Below the pieces are notes generated by a model that saw only the letters and a list, made by a program, of their open reading frames with translations, was not told where the DNA came from and ran no database searches. From assembly GCA_963716745.1 (NCBI GenBank), contig OY970320.1, forward strand, positions 2,560,001-2,624,000: a stretch of DNA of 64,000 nucleotides. The letters are read 5' to 3'. Below, piece by piece: positions 29,455 through 38,721 of this stretch (position 1 is its first letter; each line of letters opens with the position of its first letter). The translations under genes and the position numbers were made by a program. The stretch is from an uncultured Gemmatimonadaceae bacterium. Its GTDB lineage: Bacteria; Gemmatimonadota; Gemmatimonadetes; Gemmatimonadales; Gemmatimonadaceae.

Positions 29455-29829
29455 ATGATCGAGCGACACGTTCGCGCCATCCGCGGCGCCACCACGGTGA
29501 ATGAGGACACGGCGGGCGCGATCAGCATCGCGACGCAGACGCTCCTGCGCGAGATCGCCACGCGCAACGCCATCCAGCCCACCGACGTGATCAGCGCGCT
29601 GTTCACCGTCACGTCGGACCTGCGCAGTGAATTCCCCGCGCGCGCGGCGCGAGAACTCGGATGGCTCGACGTTCCGCTGCTCTGCACGGTGGAGATCCCC
29701 GTGCCCGGCGCGCTCCCGCGCTGCATCCGCGTGCTGCTGCACATCGAGACGCACCGGCCGCGCAGTGCGATCGAGCATGTCTACCTCGACGGCGCGCGCG
29801 TCCTCCGCCCCGATCTCTTGCGAGACTAG
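29455..29829 (+). CDS. aroH: Chorismate mutase, AroH class
   Basis: VRAIRGATTV, FTVTSDL, FPARAAR, VPLLC, PRCIRVL, HVYLDGARVLRPDL. Confidence 0.95.
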   Translation: MIERHVRAIRGATTVNEDTAGAISIATQTLLREIATRNAIQPTDVISALFTVTSDLRSEFPARAARELGWLDVPLLCTVEIPVPGALPRCIRVLLHIETHRPRSAIEHVYLDGARVLRPDLLRD

Positions 29830-29843
29830 CGCCGCCGCCGCGC

Positions 29844-30818
29844 TCACGGCTTCGGCTTCGACGCGCGCGCGCGCCGCGCCATCCGCACCGCCTCGGCGTG
29901 CTGCCGCGAGTTGGAACGGAACTCGTGATGTCCGTCCGGCATCGCCACGAAATACAAATAGGGCACCTTCGCCGGGTACAGCGCCGCCTCGAGGCTCGCG
30001 CGCCCCGGGGATGCGATCGGTCCCGGCGGCAGCCCCGGATACTTGTACGTGTTGTACGGTGAGTCCACGAGCAGGTCGCGATAGAGCAGGCGGTCGCGGT
30101 GCAGCCCCAGCGCGTACTGCACGGTGGGGTCCGCCTGCAGCAGCATGTGTTTCTTCAACCGGTTGAGGTACACCGCCGCGATCACCGGTCGCTCCTCCGG
30201 AAGTACCGCTTCCTTCTCCACGATCGACGCGAGCGTCACGATCTGGTTGCGGCTCATTCCCAATTCGGTGAGGCGGTCGTCCCACGCCGGCTGCCACACG
30301 CTCTCGAATCGCTTGGTCATCTCGCGCACGGCGGTGCGCGGCGCGGTGCCGTAGCCGAAGATGTACGTGTCGGGAAAGAGGTAGCCCTCGAGCGTGCTCG
30401 CCGGCACGTCCAGTTCGTTCCGCAGCGCGGTGTCGCGCACCGCTGCGTCCACGGAATCCTCGGGCGCGCCGAGCGCCTGCGCGAGTGCGGGCACGATCGC
30501 GCTCAGTCCCCAGCCTTCGGGAATGGTGAGCCGGTTCTCGATCCCCTCGCCTTCCCGGAGCGCGCGTACCAGCGCGGGCCAGCTGATGTCGGTGTGGATC
30601 GCATAATTCCCGGCCTTGATGTCCTTCGCGCCGCCGCTCAGCCGGGCGTACCAGCTGAACAGCGCCGCCGACTCCACCACGCCGGCCGCCGAGAGCGAGT
30701 CGGCGGTGGAACGCAGGCTCGCGCCGGCGGGGATCGTCACGTGCGCGATCGGCCCGCTGGGCGGCGCGCTCGTGCACGCCGCCAGCGCGAGCGCGCACGC
30801 GGCGATCGCGCGGCGCAC
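29844..30818 (-). CDS. mltG: Endolytic transglycosylase MltG (YceG)
   Basis: TIPEG, LEGYLFPDTY, LASIVEKE, LQADPTV, SPYNTY, GLPPGPIASPG, YLYFV; GTG start 1 bp after the ruvX stop. Confidence 0.93.
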   Translation of the reverse strand: MRRAIAACALALAACTSAPPSGPIAHVTIPAGASLRSTADSLSAAGVVESAALFSWYARLSGGAKDIKAGNYAIHTDISWPALVRALREGEGIENRLTIPEGWGLSAIVPALAQALGAPEDSVDAAVRDTALRNELDVPASTLEGYLFPDTYIFGYGTAPRTAVREMTKRFESVWQPAWDDRLTELGMSRNQIVTLASIVEKEAVLPEERPVIAAVYLNRLKKHMLLQADPTVQYALGLHRDRLLYRDLLVDSPYNTYKYPGLPPGPIASPGRASLEAALYPAKVPYLYFVAMPDGHHEFRSNSRQHAEAVRMARRARASKPKP

Positions 30819-30819
30819 G

Positions 30820-31251
30820 TTACTCGGCGAGACGCAGCGCATGCTGGAGCAGGATCGTGGCGGCGAGCGCGTCCACATCGCCTTTGCGCCCGCGCGTCGA
30901 GCCGCCCATCTCGCGCACCGTGCGGAGCGCGGCGGCCGTGGTGTACCGCTCATCCACGAGCGCCACCGGAAGACCGGTGCGCTTCTCGAGCTCGGCCGCG
31001 ATCGCGCGCACTTCGGTCGCCCGCGGCGTATCGTCGCCGCGCTCATCCAGCGGCAGCCCGATCACGAAGGCGCTCGCTTCGTGCTCACTGGCGCGGCGGA
31101 CGAGTTCGGTGATCGGCGCGCGCTTGCCCGCGCGGCGCGCGATGTGCCCCAGCGGCGACGCGATGAGGCGCAGCGGGTCGCTCAGCGCGAGTCCCACGCG
31201 CTTGTCGCCATAGTCGATCGCGAGGATGCGGCCGGGATCGGGCACGCTCAT
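30820..31251 (-). CDS. ruvX: Holliday junction resolvase-like protein RuvX/YqgF
   Basis: [33 protein letters not shown]. Confidence 0.95.
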   Translation of the reverse strand: MSVPDPGRILAIDYGDKRVGLALSDPLRLIASPLGHIARRAGKRAPITELVRRASEHEASAFVIGLPLDERGDDTPRATEVRAIAAELEKRTGLPVALVDERYTTAAALRTVREMGGSTRGRKGDVDALAATILLQHALRLAE

Positions 31252-32501
31252 GCCTCGTGCATCGTGTCGAAGAATTCCTTGTTCGTCTTATGACGCGCCA
31301 TGCGCTTGAGCAGGAACTCGATCGCTTCGGCCTCGGGGCGGTCGCCGAGGAAATTGCGCAGCAGGAACATGCGATTGAGTTCCTTCTGGTCGAGCAGGAG
31401 CTCTTCCTTGCGCGTCCCGGACTTGTTGATGTCGATCGCGGGGTAGATGCGCCGCTCGGCGATGCCGCGGTCGAGCACCAGCTCCATGTTGCCCGTGCCC
31501 TTGAACTCCTCGAAGATCACTTCGTCCATGCGCGAGCCGGTCTCGATGAGCGCGGTGGCGACGATCGTGAGCGAGCCGCCGCCGTCGATGCTGCGCGCGC
31601 TGCCGAAGAACGCTTTCGGCTTCTGCATCGCGCCCGAGTCCACGCCGCCCGAGAGGATCTTCCCGCCGTGCGGCATCACCGTGTTGTGTGCGCGCGCGAG
31701 ACGCGTGATCGAGTCGAGCAGGATCACCACGTCGCGGCCGTTCTCCACCAGGCGCTTCGCCTTCTCGATCACCATGTCGGCGACCTGCACGTGCCGGCTC
31801 GCGGGCTCGTCGAAGGTGGAACTCACCACTTCGGCTTGCGGCACCGACGCCTTGAAGTCCGTCACTTCCTCGGGCCGCTCGTCGATGAGCAGCACGATGA
31901 GCGCGACCTCGGGATGATTCTCGACGATCGCCGTCGCCATGCGCTGGAGCAGGATCGTCTTGCCCGCGCGCGGCGGCGCGACGATGAGGCCGCGCTGTCC
32001 CTTCCCGATCGGTGCGATGAGGTCCATCACGCGCATCGAGAGATCGCCGTTGCCGGATTCCAGGCGGAGCCGCCGGTCGGGGTAGCGCGGCCGCATCGTG
32101 TCGAAGGTGGGGCGCCCCTTCATCGTCTCCGGATCGGAGCCGTTCACCGTCTCCACTTTGAGCAACGCGAGATATCGCTCGCCCGGCTTCGGCGGCCGCA
32201 CGTGCCCTGCGATGGTGTCGCCGGTGCGCAGATTGAAGCGCTTGATCTGCGATGGGCTCACGTAGATGTCGTCGGGTCCCGCGAGATAGCTCCAGTCGGG
32301 GCTGCGCAGGAAGCCATAGCCCTCCGACATGATCTCGAGCGTCCCCTCGGCGCGCAGCATCGCGTCCGTCTTGAGCAGCGCGTGCTCGATACGGAGGATC
32401 AAGTCTTGCTTCCGAAGGCCTGAGACGCCGGCGATATTCAGCCCGGAGGCCATCGTCTGCAGATCGGGCACGGATTTGCGGCGGAGTTCGGCGATGTCCA
32501 C
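31248..32501 (-). CDS. rho: Transcription termination factor Rho (start GTG at 32501 or 32552)
   Basis: [58 protein letters not shown]. Confidence 0.97.
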   Translation of the reverse strand: MDIAELRRKSVPDLQTMASGLNIAGVSGLRKQDLILRIEHALLKTDAMLRAEGTLEIMSEGYGFLRSPDWSYLAGPDDIYVSPSQIKRFNLRTGDTIAGHVRPPKPGERYLALLKVETVNGSDPETMKGRPTFDTMRPRYPDRRLRLESGNGDLSMRVMDLIAPIGKGQRGLIVAPPRAGKTILLQRMATAIVENHPEVALIVLLIDERPEEVTDFKASVPQAEVVSSTFDEPASRHVQVADMVIEKAKRLVENGRDVVILLDSITRLARAHNTVMPHGGKILSGGVDSGAMQKPKAFFGSARSIDGGGSLTIVATALIETGSRMDEVIFEEFKGTGNMELVLDRGIAERRIYPAIDINKSGTRKEELLLDQKELNRMFLLRNFLGDRPEAEAIEFLLKRMARHKTNKEFFDTMHEA

Positions 32502-32655
32502 GGCGGGGGGCAGGGCGGGGAGCGGAAGCGTCGCGGTGCGGGGCACGAGCACGCGGGAAATGCGCGCGGCGCGGAATGGCGGGGGAACGAGCGGCGGGGG
32601 AGTGGCGGAGGGTGGCGCACGGCCAAGCTATGTCGGAGCCGATGGAGGGTCAATA

Positions 32656-33579
32656 GTGGAAGACACGCCGGTCGAGGAGATCGAGATCGTCTACGCGAGC
32701 GAGCCGCCGCGGGAACGGTGGTGGCTGCATGCGCTGCTGCTCGCGATCACCGTCGCGTCGATGACCGTTGCCGGCGTGGCGATCGCGGGGCACGGCTTCG
32801 AGTGGAGTACATGGTCGTTCGCGTCACTGCGCACGGGATTGTCGTTCTCGCTGCCGGTGGCGGCGATCCTGCTCGCGCACGAGTCCGGTCACTATTTCGC
32901 CGCGCGCCGCTATCGCGTGAACGCGAGCCCGCCGTACTTCATCCCGTTCTGGGGTGACTGGAATCTGCTCGGCACCCTCGGCGCGTTCATTCGGATCCGG
33001 TCGCCGATCTTCGACCGGCGCACCTTGTTCGACGTGGGGATCGCGGGCCCGCTCGCGGGGATGGCCGTCGCGCTGCCGGTGCTCGTGGCGGGGGTCGCGC
33101 TGAGTACGCCGGCGATGATCGCGGGCCGGCCGATGGCCGACCAGATCATCTTGTGGGGCGGCTCGCCGTTGTACTTCGGCAATTCGATCTTGATGTCCCT
33201 CGCGCGAGAGCTCGCCGGCGTGCGCGGCACGCTGCTGCTGAATCCCGTGGCCGTCGCGGGATGGGTCGGATTGCTGGTGACGTCGCTGAATCTCTTGCCG
33301 CTCGCGCAGTTCGATGGCGGGCACATCCTGTATGCGATGAGCCGGCGCGCGCAGCGGCTCACCGCGATCTACGTGTGGCTGTCGCTGTTGGGGCTCGGCG
33401 TGCTCTGGCCGGGCTGGTGGCTGTGGGCCGTGGTCGCGCTGGTGGTGGGGCGGGGGCGGCTCTCGCATCCCGACGTGCTCGCGCCGTCGATCCCGATCGA
33501 CCGGAACCGGATGATGCTCGGGTGGTTCGCGATCCTCATTTTCATTCTGACGTTCGCGCCGATGCCGATCGCGGGGTAG
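32656..33579 (+). CDS. Site-2 protease (peptidase M50)
   Basis: HESGH, IAGPLAG, NLLPLAQFDGGHI; GGAGG RBS before GTG at 32656. Confidence 0.92.
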   Translation: MEDTPVEEIEIVYASEPPRERWWLHALLLAITVASMTVAGVAIAGHGFEWSTWSFASLRTGLSFSLPVAAILLAHESGHYFAARRYRVNASPPYFIPFWGDWNLLGTLGAFIRIRSPIFDRRTLFDVGIAGPLAGMAVALPVLVAGVALSTPAMIAGRPMADQIILWGGSPLYFGNSILMSLARELAGVRGTLLLNPVAVAGWVGLLVTSLNLLPLAQFDGGHILYAMSRRAQRLTAIYVWLSLLGLGVLWPGWWLWAVVALVVGRGRLSHPDVLAPSIPIDRNRMMLGWFAILIFILTFAPMPIAG

Positions 33580-33615
33580 AGTGCGGTCGGTGCAGTGTTA
33601 CTCCTTACTCCGGCG

Positions 33616-34176
33616 CTATTGCCTCCGCACCTGTCCGCTGAGCGATGTGACGGTGTTCCATTCGTCGGCGGTCAGGTGCCGCGGCGACTCCGGCGGCTGA
33701 CTGGGGCTCTCCGTGTCGAGGTAGGGGAATCCGATCACCCAATCGCGCAGTGTCGCGTCCACATCTAGACTCCCCGGATAGAACTTGACCCGCTCGAGCG
33801 CCGCGCTCCGCGGCACAAGCATCACCCACCGGCCACCGCTGCGGCCGCCGCCGCCGCCGACGCGAAAGCCGGAGATCTCTTCGCGTTGCAATCGCCTCGG
33901 CTTCAAGGGAAAGGCGTCGCGCACCTCGATGGCATCCCCGGTGAGGATCAACTGCCAGCGAGACGCGTGCTGAAAGCTCCAGATTGCTGCGGCAACAACC
34001 AGAAGCCAGAATACTCCGAACGTGGCCAGGAACGAGCGACTCGTGTGCTCGGTCGCGGCCATACCGATCAGCACGCCGAGCACGAGAACGACTACGGTCG
34101 GCACCACTCTCGACTGTACGCGGATCGAGAAACTCAGTCGGTAAATTCGTGGACTCGCTGATGACTGGCTCTGCAT
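33616..34176 (-). CDS. Hypothetical two-TM membrane protein
   Basis: Two hydrophobic helices followed by a soluble PH-like segment; atypical codons; start uncertain. Confidence 0.5.
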   Translation of the reverse strand: MQSQSSASPRIYRLSFSIRVQSRVVPTVVVLVLGVLIGMAATEHTSRSFLATFGVFWLLVVAAAIWSFQHASRWQLILTGDAIEVRDAFPLKPRRLQREEISGFRVGGGGGRSGGRWVMLVPRSAALERVKFYPGSLDVDATLRDWVIGFPYLDTESPSQPPESPRHLTADEWNTVTSLSGQVRRQ

Positions 34177-34242
34177 TCGTTTCGCTCGCGGCGAGGTTGG
34201 CTCGCAGAGGATACGCGAGCCGCACCGCCGAGTCCAGCACGG

Positions 34243-34284
34243 CGATGCCCGATGCCCGATGCCCGATGCCCGAAGCCCCGCCCG
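34243..34284 (+). repeat. (CGATGCC)4 tandem repeat plus the left copy of a 28-bp direct repeat
   Basis: 34257-34284 matches 36567-36594 at 27 of 28 nt. Confidence 0.85.
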
Positions 34285-34359
34285 TTGTGCAACTTGTGCG
34301 CGCTTGCGCGTCTGCTGATCGTGCGCCGGAACGCTGCCACGGATTTGCGGGAGGCCGCC

Positions 34360-36522
34360 ATGCGTGCTCGGTTCTTCGCTCGCTCTTCGATTCTCCTCAT
34401 TCTTTTCTCAGTGCCACGCGCCCCGGCGCAACAGCCGCGCTCAGGAGCGTCGCCGAAGGCTCTGCAACCGTTCGCGTCCGATTCGGAGCTGTCGGCCTAT
34501 CTCGCCCGGATCTGGCCCGCAGAGGTCAGCTGTTCGAGCGGGAACGTGCTCGACACGACGGCCGTTCGCATACCCGCGACTGACTCGATCGGGCAGCGTT
34601 TCGCGGTAGTCCGCGGGCGCGTGACTTCCGCGGCGGGTTCTCCGCTCAATGGCGTGCAAGTCTGGAGCACTGAGTCAGGCGTCGGCGTTCAGACCAATAG
34701 CGACGGACGATACTCGCTGAGCATTCCGGCGGATCGCCTTGCCGCGCGCGATAGCGTGACGATCTCAGCCCGCCTGATCGGGTATAGCGAGGCCCATCGC
34801 GTCCTGAAGCTCCGGCTCGGCATGATGCGAGCGCTCGATATCTCGCTCTGTGCCCGGCCGATCAGACTCGAGCCGGTCATGTACGACGCGGGCCGGGAAC
34901 CGATCAGCATTGCGAGCGAGCCGGGCGTGGAGGAGCCGGATCTCGTCAAGCGCCATGGCGACTTTATCGTGATCCTGCGGCGTGGTTTCCTCTTCACGGT
35001 GCGCGTCGGCGATGGCGCGCTGTCGCCAGTCTCGGCCGTGGACATCGAAGATGCCGGCGGACCGAACGGGCCCTGTCATGAGATCTTGGTCGTGAACGAT
35101 CTGGTCCTTGTCATCGGCCTCTGGACCACCGGCAGTGCGACCCGGCCGATGATCGACGTCTTCCGGATCGATTCCGCGGGCCAGCTGATACGCGACGACT
35201 CGTATGAAGTCGCGCCGGAGATGGGGCGCGTCTTCGTGGTGAACGGACGGCTCGTCGTCGTGGGCAGCGATTTAGTGCGAACGCCCATCCGCGATCCGTC
35301 GAGCGTATTCCCTCGCGTGCAACGGCTCGAGCATCAGCGAGGCGGCGGCGATTTCGCCGCGATCGCATCGGCGCGCGATGTCTACCGGCGGCCCGGGGTG
35401 GCGCCGCGCGCCGGCGCGCTCACCGTGCACTCGGTCTCGAGCTGCGACGTCTCGACGCGACCGTGGACGTGCCGCGCCACCGTCGTGCTCGGCGACGCGA
35501 GCCAAGGCATGCATCTCTCCCGAGCGGCCGCGTATTTCTGGACGAGTCCAGCCCGGCGGGGCGCTGCTCCCATGACACCGCGCCTCGAGAGCGCCAACGC
35601 CATGCTGTTCCGGGTGCCGCTCGACGGCGGACCGCCTCAGGCGCTGGGCGTCGCGGGGTCGCCGTACTACTTCGATTCCTTCATGGACGATGGGACGACA
35701 CTCAGCATTTTCGTCGCTGGCGACTCGACGGGCGATGATGTGTGGTACTCGAGGAAACGCACGAGCGAGGCCGCATTATTGCAGCTGCCGCTGTCGAATT
35801 TCGGAGACGGCTCAAGTTCCGCCCCCATCGGGAACTATAGGTGGACCCCGCTGGACTCGGGCGGCATGCCAACGGTGAGGCTCACGGCGCAGGCGCTGGT
35901 GTACGCGGTCGATCATACGGCGAAGGATGGGAGATCGAGCAGCGCGATCTTGCACGTCGTGCGCTTCAAGGCGAGCGGATTGCAGCGACTCGAGGTGCCA
36001 TACGCGGTCGACATCATCGCGCCCTCGCCCGGCGGCGCGCTCGTCGCGGGATCCGATGGCCGCGCTTTTCACGTGAACGAGCTCGATCTCGCGACCGGTA
36101 CTCGAGTCACCCGGCCACTCGAGTTGGACAGCGCCACACTGGGAGCGCGACGCGGCCGCGGCATCTTCGAGGCGCTGCGCGCGAACGAGCGCACGCTCGG
36201 GATCGCGCTCCGAAGCGGCACGCTTCAGGGCGACGACACGCTGTTCGAGATGCCAGCTGCCGTCCTCTTCTTCGAATCGCGTGGGAATCAGTTCCGGGCG
36301 GCCGGATCACTGGCCGTGCCCGCGGATACGATCGGGCCCGCGAGGTTCGATCCGCGGTGCGTCGAGTGGTTCGGGAGCGCTCGTCCGATCTGGGTGGATC
36401 GGCGGACTCTCGCGGTGATCGGTCCGTGGCTGGTCGAGGGCACGGAATCGCGCGGAGTGATCGTCGAGTCACGGCGGGTTCGCTTCGATAGTCGGCCGCC
36501 TGAGGTGGCACCACCGAAGTGA
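34360..36522 (+). CDS. Secreted beta-propeller-domain protein with a carboxypeptidase-regulatory-like domain
   Basis: GGAGG RBS; signal peptide; VRGRVT...QTNSDGRYSL...ARLIGY; GVEEPDLVKRHGDFIVILRRG; C-terminal CVEWFGSARPI. Confidence 0.7.
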   Translation: MRARFFARSSILLILFSVPRAPAQQPRSGASPKALQPFASDSELSAYLARIWPAEVSCSSGNVLDTTAVRIPATDSIGQRFAVVRGRVTSAAGSPLNGVQVWSTESGVGVQTNSDGRYSLSIPADRLAARDSVTISARLIGYSEAHRVLKLRLGMMRALDISLCARPIRLEPVMYDAGREPISIASEPGVEEPDLVKRHGDFIVILRRGFLFTVRVGDGALSPVSAVDIEDAGGPNGPCHEILVVNDLVLVIGLWTTGSATRPMIDVFRIDSAGQLIRDDSYEVAPEMGRVFVVNGRLVVVGSDLVRTPIRDPSSVFPRVQRLEHQRGGGDFAAIASARDVYRRPGVAPRAGALTVHSVSSCDVSTRPWTCRATVVLGDASQGMHLSRAAAYFWTSPARRGAAPMTPRLESANAMLFRVPLDGGPPQALGVAGSPYYFDSFMDDGTTLSIFVAGDSTGDDVWYSRKRTSEAALLQLPLSNFGDGSSSAPIGNYRWTPLDSGGMPTVRLTAQALVYAVDHTAKDGRSSSAILHVVRFKASGLQRLEVPYAVDIIAPSPGGALVAGSDGRAFHVNELDLATGTRVTRPLELDSATLGARRGRGIFEALRANERTLGIALRSGTLQGDDTLFEMPAAVLFFESRGNQFRAAGSLAVPADTIGPARFDPRCVEWFGSARPIWVDRRTLAVIGPWLVEGTESRGVIVESRRVRFDSRPPEVAPPK

Positions 36523-36581
36523 CGCGGACATCTTTCGGCGGCGAAAGTGTGCCGAGGCACGACGAACGATGCCCGATGCAC

Positions 36582-36613
36582 GAAGCCCCGCCCGATTTGC
36601 CGGGCGGGGCTTC
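36582..36613. terminator. Hairpin terminator downstream of the tRNA cluster and the convergent gene
   Basis: gaagccccgcccg-atttgc-cgggcggggcttc. Confidence 0.75.
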
Positions 36614-36629
36614 AAGTTGTATCGCGGAG

Positions 36630-36703
36630 TGCGCGAGGAGGGATTCGAACCCTCGACCTTCGGCTCCGGAGGCCGACGCTCTATCCAGCTGAGCTACCCG
36701 CGC
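36630..36703 (-). tRNA. tRNA-Arg(CCG)
   Basis: Cloverleaf; anticodon loop CTCCGGA; TTCGAAT; no encoded CCA. Confidence 0.95.
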
Positions 36704-36745
36704 TCAACGCTTACCCGGAGCGATGTCCCCGCTCCGTTCTAAAGA

Positions 36746-36823
36746 TGGTCGGGGCGAGTGGATTTGAACCACCGACCTCCTGGTCCCGAACCAGGCGCGC
36801 TAACCGGACTGCGCCACGCCCCG
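36746..36823 (-). tRNA. tRNA-Pro(CGG)
   Basis: CGGGGCG acceptor stem; loop TTCGGGA; encoded CCA. Confidence 0.95.
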
Positions 36824-36856
36824 CCTGTGCCACCTCTCCATTCGAACGGTGGCGAA

Positions 36857-36933
36857 TGGTGCGCCCGGAGAGACTCGAACTCCCAACCTTCTGATCCGTA
36901 GTCAGATGCTCTATCCAATTGAGCTACGGGCGC
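36857..36933 (-). tRNA. tRNA-Arg(ACG)
   Basis: Loop CTACGGA; encoded CCA. Confidence 0.95.
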
Positions 36934-37047
36934 CCGTCTTGATCGCTTCGATTGTGCAAACTGAACCGGCGGCAGCGTCCGGAAGACGCGGCCGCCGTGG
37001 ACGTGCAACCTAGTCTTGCGTGGAGCGAGAATCAAGCGAAATCACTG

Positions 37048-37118
37048 CTCGGGACTTGGGACTCGGGATTCGCCGCGGGACTCGGTAGTTGTCGAGTCCC
37101 GAGTGCCGAGTCCCGAGT
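37048..37118. repeat. Inverted heptamer arrays (GGGACTC)n / (GAGTCCC)n in a tRNA spacer
   Basis: ctcgggacttgggactcgggattcg...gggactcgg versus cgagtcccgagtgccgagtcccgag. Confidence 0.8.
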
Positions 37119-37122
37119 AGTA

Positions 37123-37196
37123 TGGGCGGTACAAGACTCGAACTTGTGACCTCCACGATGTCAACGTGGCGCTCTAACCAACTGAGCTAACCGCCC
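37123..37196 (-). tRNA. tRNA-Val(GAC)
   Basis: Loop TTGACAT; cloverleaf. Confidence 0.95.
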
Positions 37197-37305
37197 GGCA
37201 GTTTGCTAACGTCCAACGTCTTCTAACGTCTAGGTCTAACGTCTCAGTCTGTCGTTCGAAAACCCGGTAAACAAAACCGGTGTCTAACGCGTAGTGATTG
37301 ATGAA

Positions 37306-37378
37306 AGCGGGAAACGGGACTCGAACCCGCGACCCCAACCTTGGCAAGGTTGTGCTCTACCAACTGAGCTATTCCCGC
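37306..37378 (-). tRNA. tRNA-Gly(GCC)
   Basis: GCGGGAA acceptor stem; loop TTGCCAA; U discriminator. Confidence 0.95.
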
Positions 37379-37409
37379 AATGTCGAGCGCCAGCGGTGCA
37401 GTGATCCAG

Positions 37410-37482
<73 letters not shown>

Positions 37483-37516
37483 TGGAGACCCCCCCGGCTC
37501 CCGCCGGGAACCCATA

Positions 37517-37545
37517 AGGCTAGATACGGGTATATGCTCTGTCAA
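37517..37545 (-). promoter_or_regulatory. Sigma70 promoter of the tRNA cluster
   Basis: TTGACA-N17-TAGCCT. Confidence 0.75.
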
Positions 37546-37712
37546 GGAATTATCACAGTTCGCTCTGGCGGAAATCGAAAAAAAGTGTATTTTAGCTCGG
37601 CCTCCCGACCGGCCAGTCAGTTACGGTCCCGAGTGCTTTCAGATCCCGCCGATCGTGACGGTCCGCCGCCACTATCTCCATAGATGCACCACCGCAAGTT
37701 GAGGTTCCCAAA

Positions 37713-38600
37713 ATGACCGAAGTCAAGCGCCGCCGCCGTCGCACGACCCCCACGGGGATCGCGCCGAACGAGCCCGATCGCGACATCCTCGATCAGTACC
37801 TTTACGAAGTCTCCACGTACCCGCTCCTCAAGGGCACGGCGGAGTTCGACCTCGCCCGCAAGATCCGCGCAGGCGATCAGGAAGCGCTCCAGGAGCTCGT
37901 CAAGCGCAACCTCCGCTTCGTGATCTCGGTCGCCAAGAAGTACCAGAACCGCGGACTCCCCCTCATCGATCTCATCGGCGAAGGGAACGTCGGCCTGCTC
38001 ACGGCCGCGCGGAAGTTCGACCCCGACCAGGGCGTCAAGTTCATCTCCTACGCGGTGTGGTGGATCCGCCAGGCGATCCTCTCGGCGCTCGCGCGCCAGG
38101 GCCGCACGGTCCGCGTCCCGCTCAACCGCACGGCCGACCTCTCGCGCATCATCAAGGCCTCCGAGATCCTGCGCCAGAAGCTGCGCCGTGAGCCGAGCCC
38201 GGAAGAGCTGTCGCAGCTCACCGGCCTCAGCGTGGATGTCGTGCAGTCGCTCGCCGCGCTGAACACCGGCGACGTGCGCCTGGACGCGCCGATGGACCCC
38301 GACGGCGATCGCTCGCTCATCGAGCGCTTCGTCGCCGACGAAGTCCCGGATCCGGAAGAGGAAGCGATGAACCGCTTCGTCACCGATGAGATCGAAGCCG
38401 CGCTCGGCACGCTGCCGGCGCGCGACGCGAAGGTCCTGCGTCTTTACTTCGGACTCGACGGCGGCCGCGAGCACACGCTGGAAGAGATCGGCGCGATGCT
38501 CGGCGTCACGCGCGAGCGCGTTCGCCAGCTGCGCGACCGTGCGCTCAAGCGTCTGCGCGAAGGCGATGTGGGCAAGGCGCTGGGCTCCTTCGCGGCGTAG
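37713..38600 (+). CDS. RNA polymerase sigma70-family factor (RpoD/SigA-like, lacking region 1.1)
   Basis: NLRFVISVAKKYQNRGL, DLIGEGNVGL, KFISYAVWWIRQ, TLEEIG...VTRERVRQ. Confidence 0.93.
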   Translation: MTEVKRRRRRTTPTGIAPNEPDRDILDQYLYEVSTYPLLKGTAEFDLARKIRAGDQEALQELVKRNLRFVISVAKKYQNRGLPLIDLIGEGNVGLLTAARKFDPDQGVKFISYAVWWIRQAILSALARQGRTVRVPLNRTADLSRIIKASEILRQKLRREPSPEELSQLTGLSVDVVQSLAALNTGDVRLDAPMDPDGDRSLIERFVADEVPDPEEEAMNRFVTDEIEAALGTLPARDAKVLRLYFGLDGGREHTLEEIGAMLGVTRERVRQLRDRALKRLREGDVGKALGSFAA

Positions 38601-38623
38601 TCGCGCGACACGCACCATGAAGT

Positions 38624-38663
38624 GAAAGCGGCGCGAGACAGCAACCGTCTCGCGCCGCTTTTC
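38624..38663 (+). terminator. Intrinsic terminator
   Basis: aaagcggcgcgagac-N7-gtctcgcgccgctttt. Confidence 0.8.
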
Positions 38664-38721
38664 TCATCCTGCGGTCGCCGGCCACAGCCGACAGCCGACA
38701 GCCCGCCGTCGTCATCCGCAG

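Noticed and set aside
29441..29460. TPP riboswitch upstream of thiE
   Set aside because: Only 14 bp of intergenic space and no TPP aptamer consensus visible
27657..29744. 695-aa fusion ORF upstream of rlmI
   Set aside because: The N-terminal extension is an alternative frame over thiE and aroH; the real start is ATG at 28820, overlapping the thiE stop
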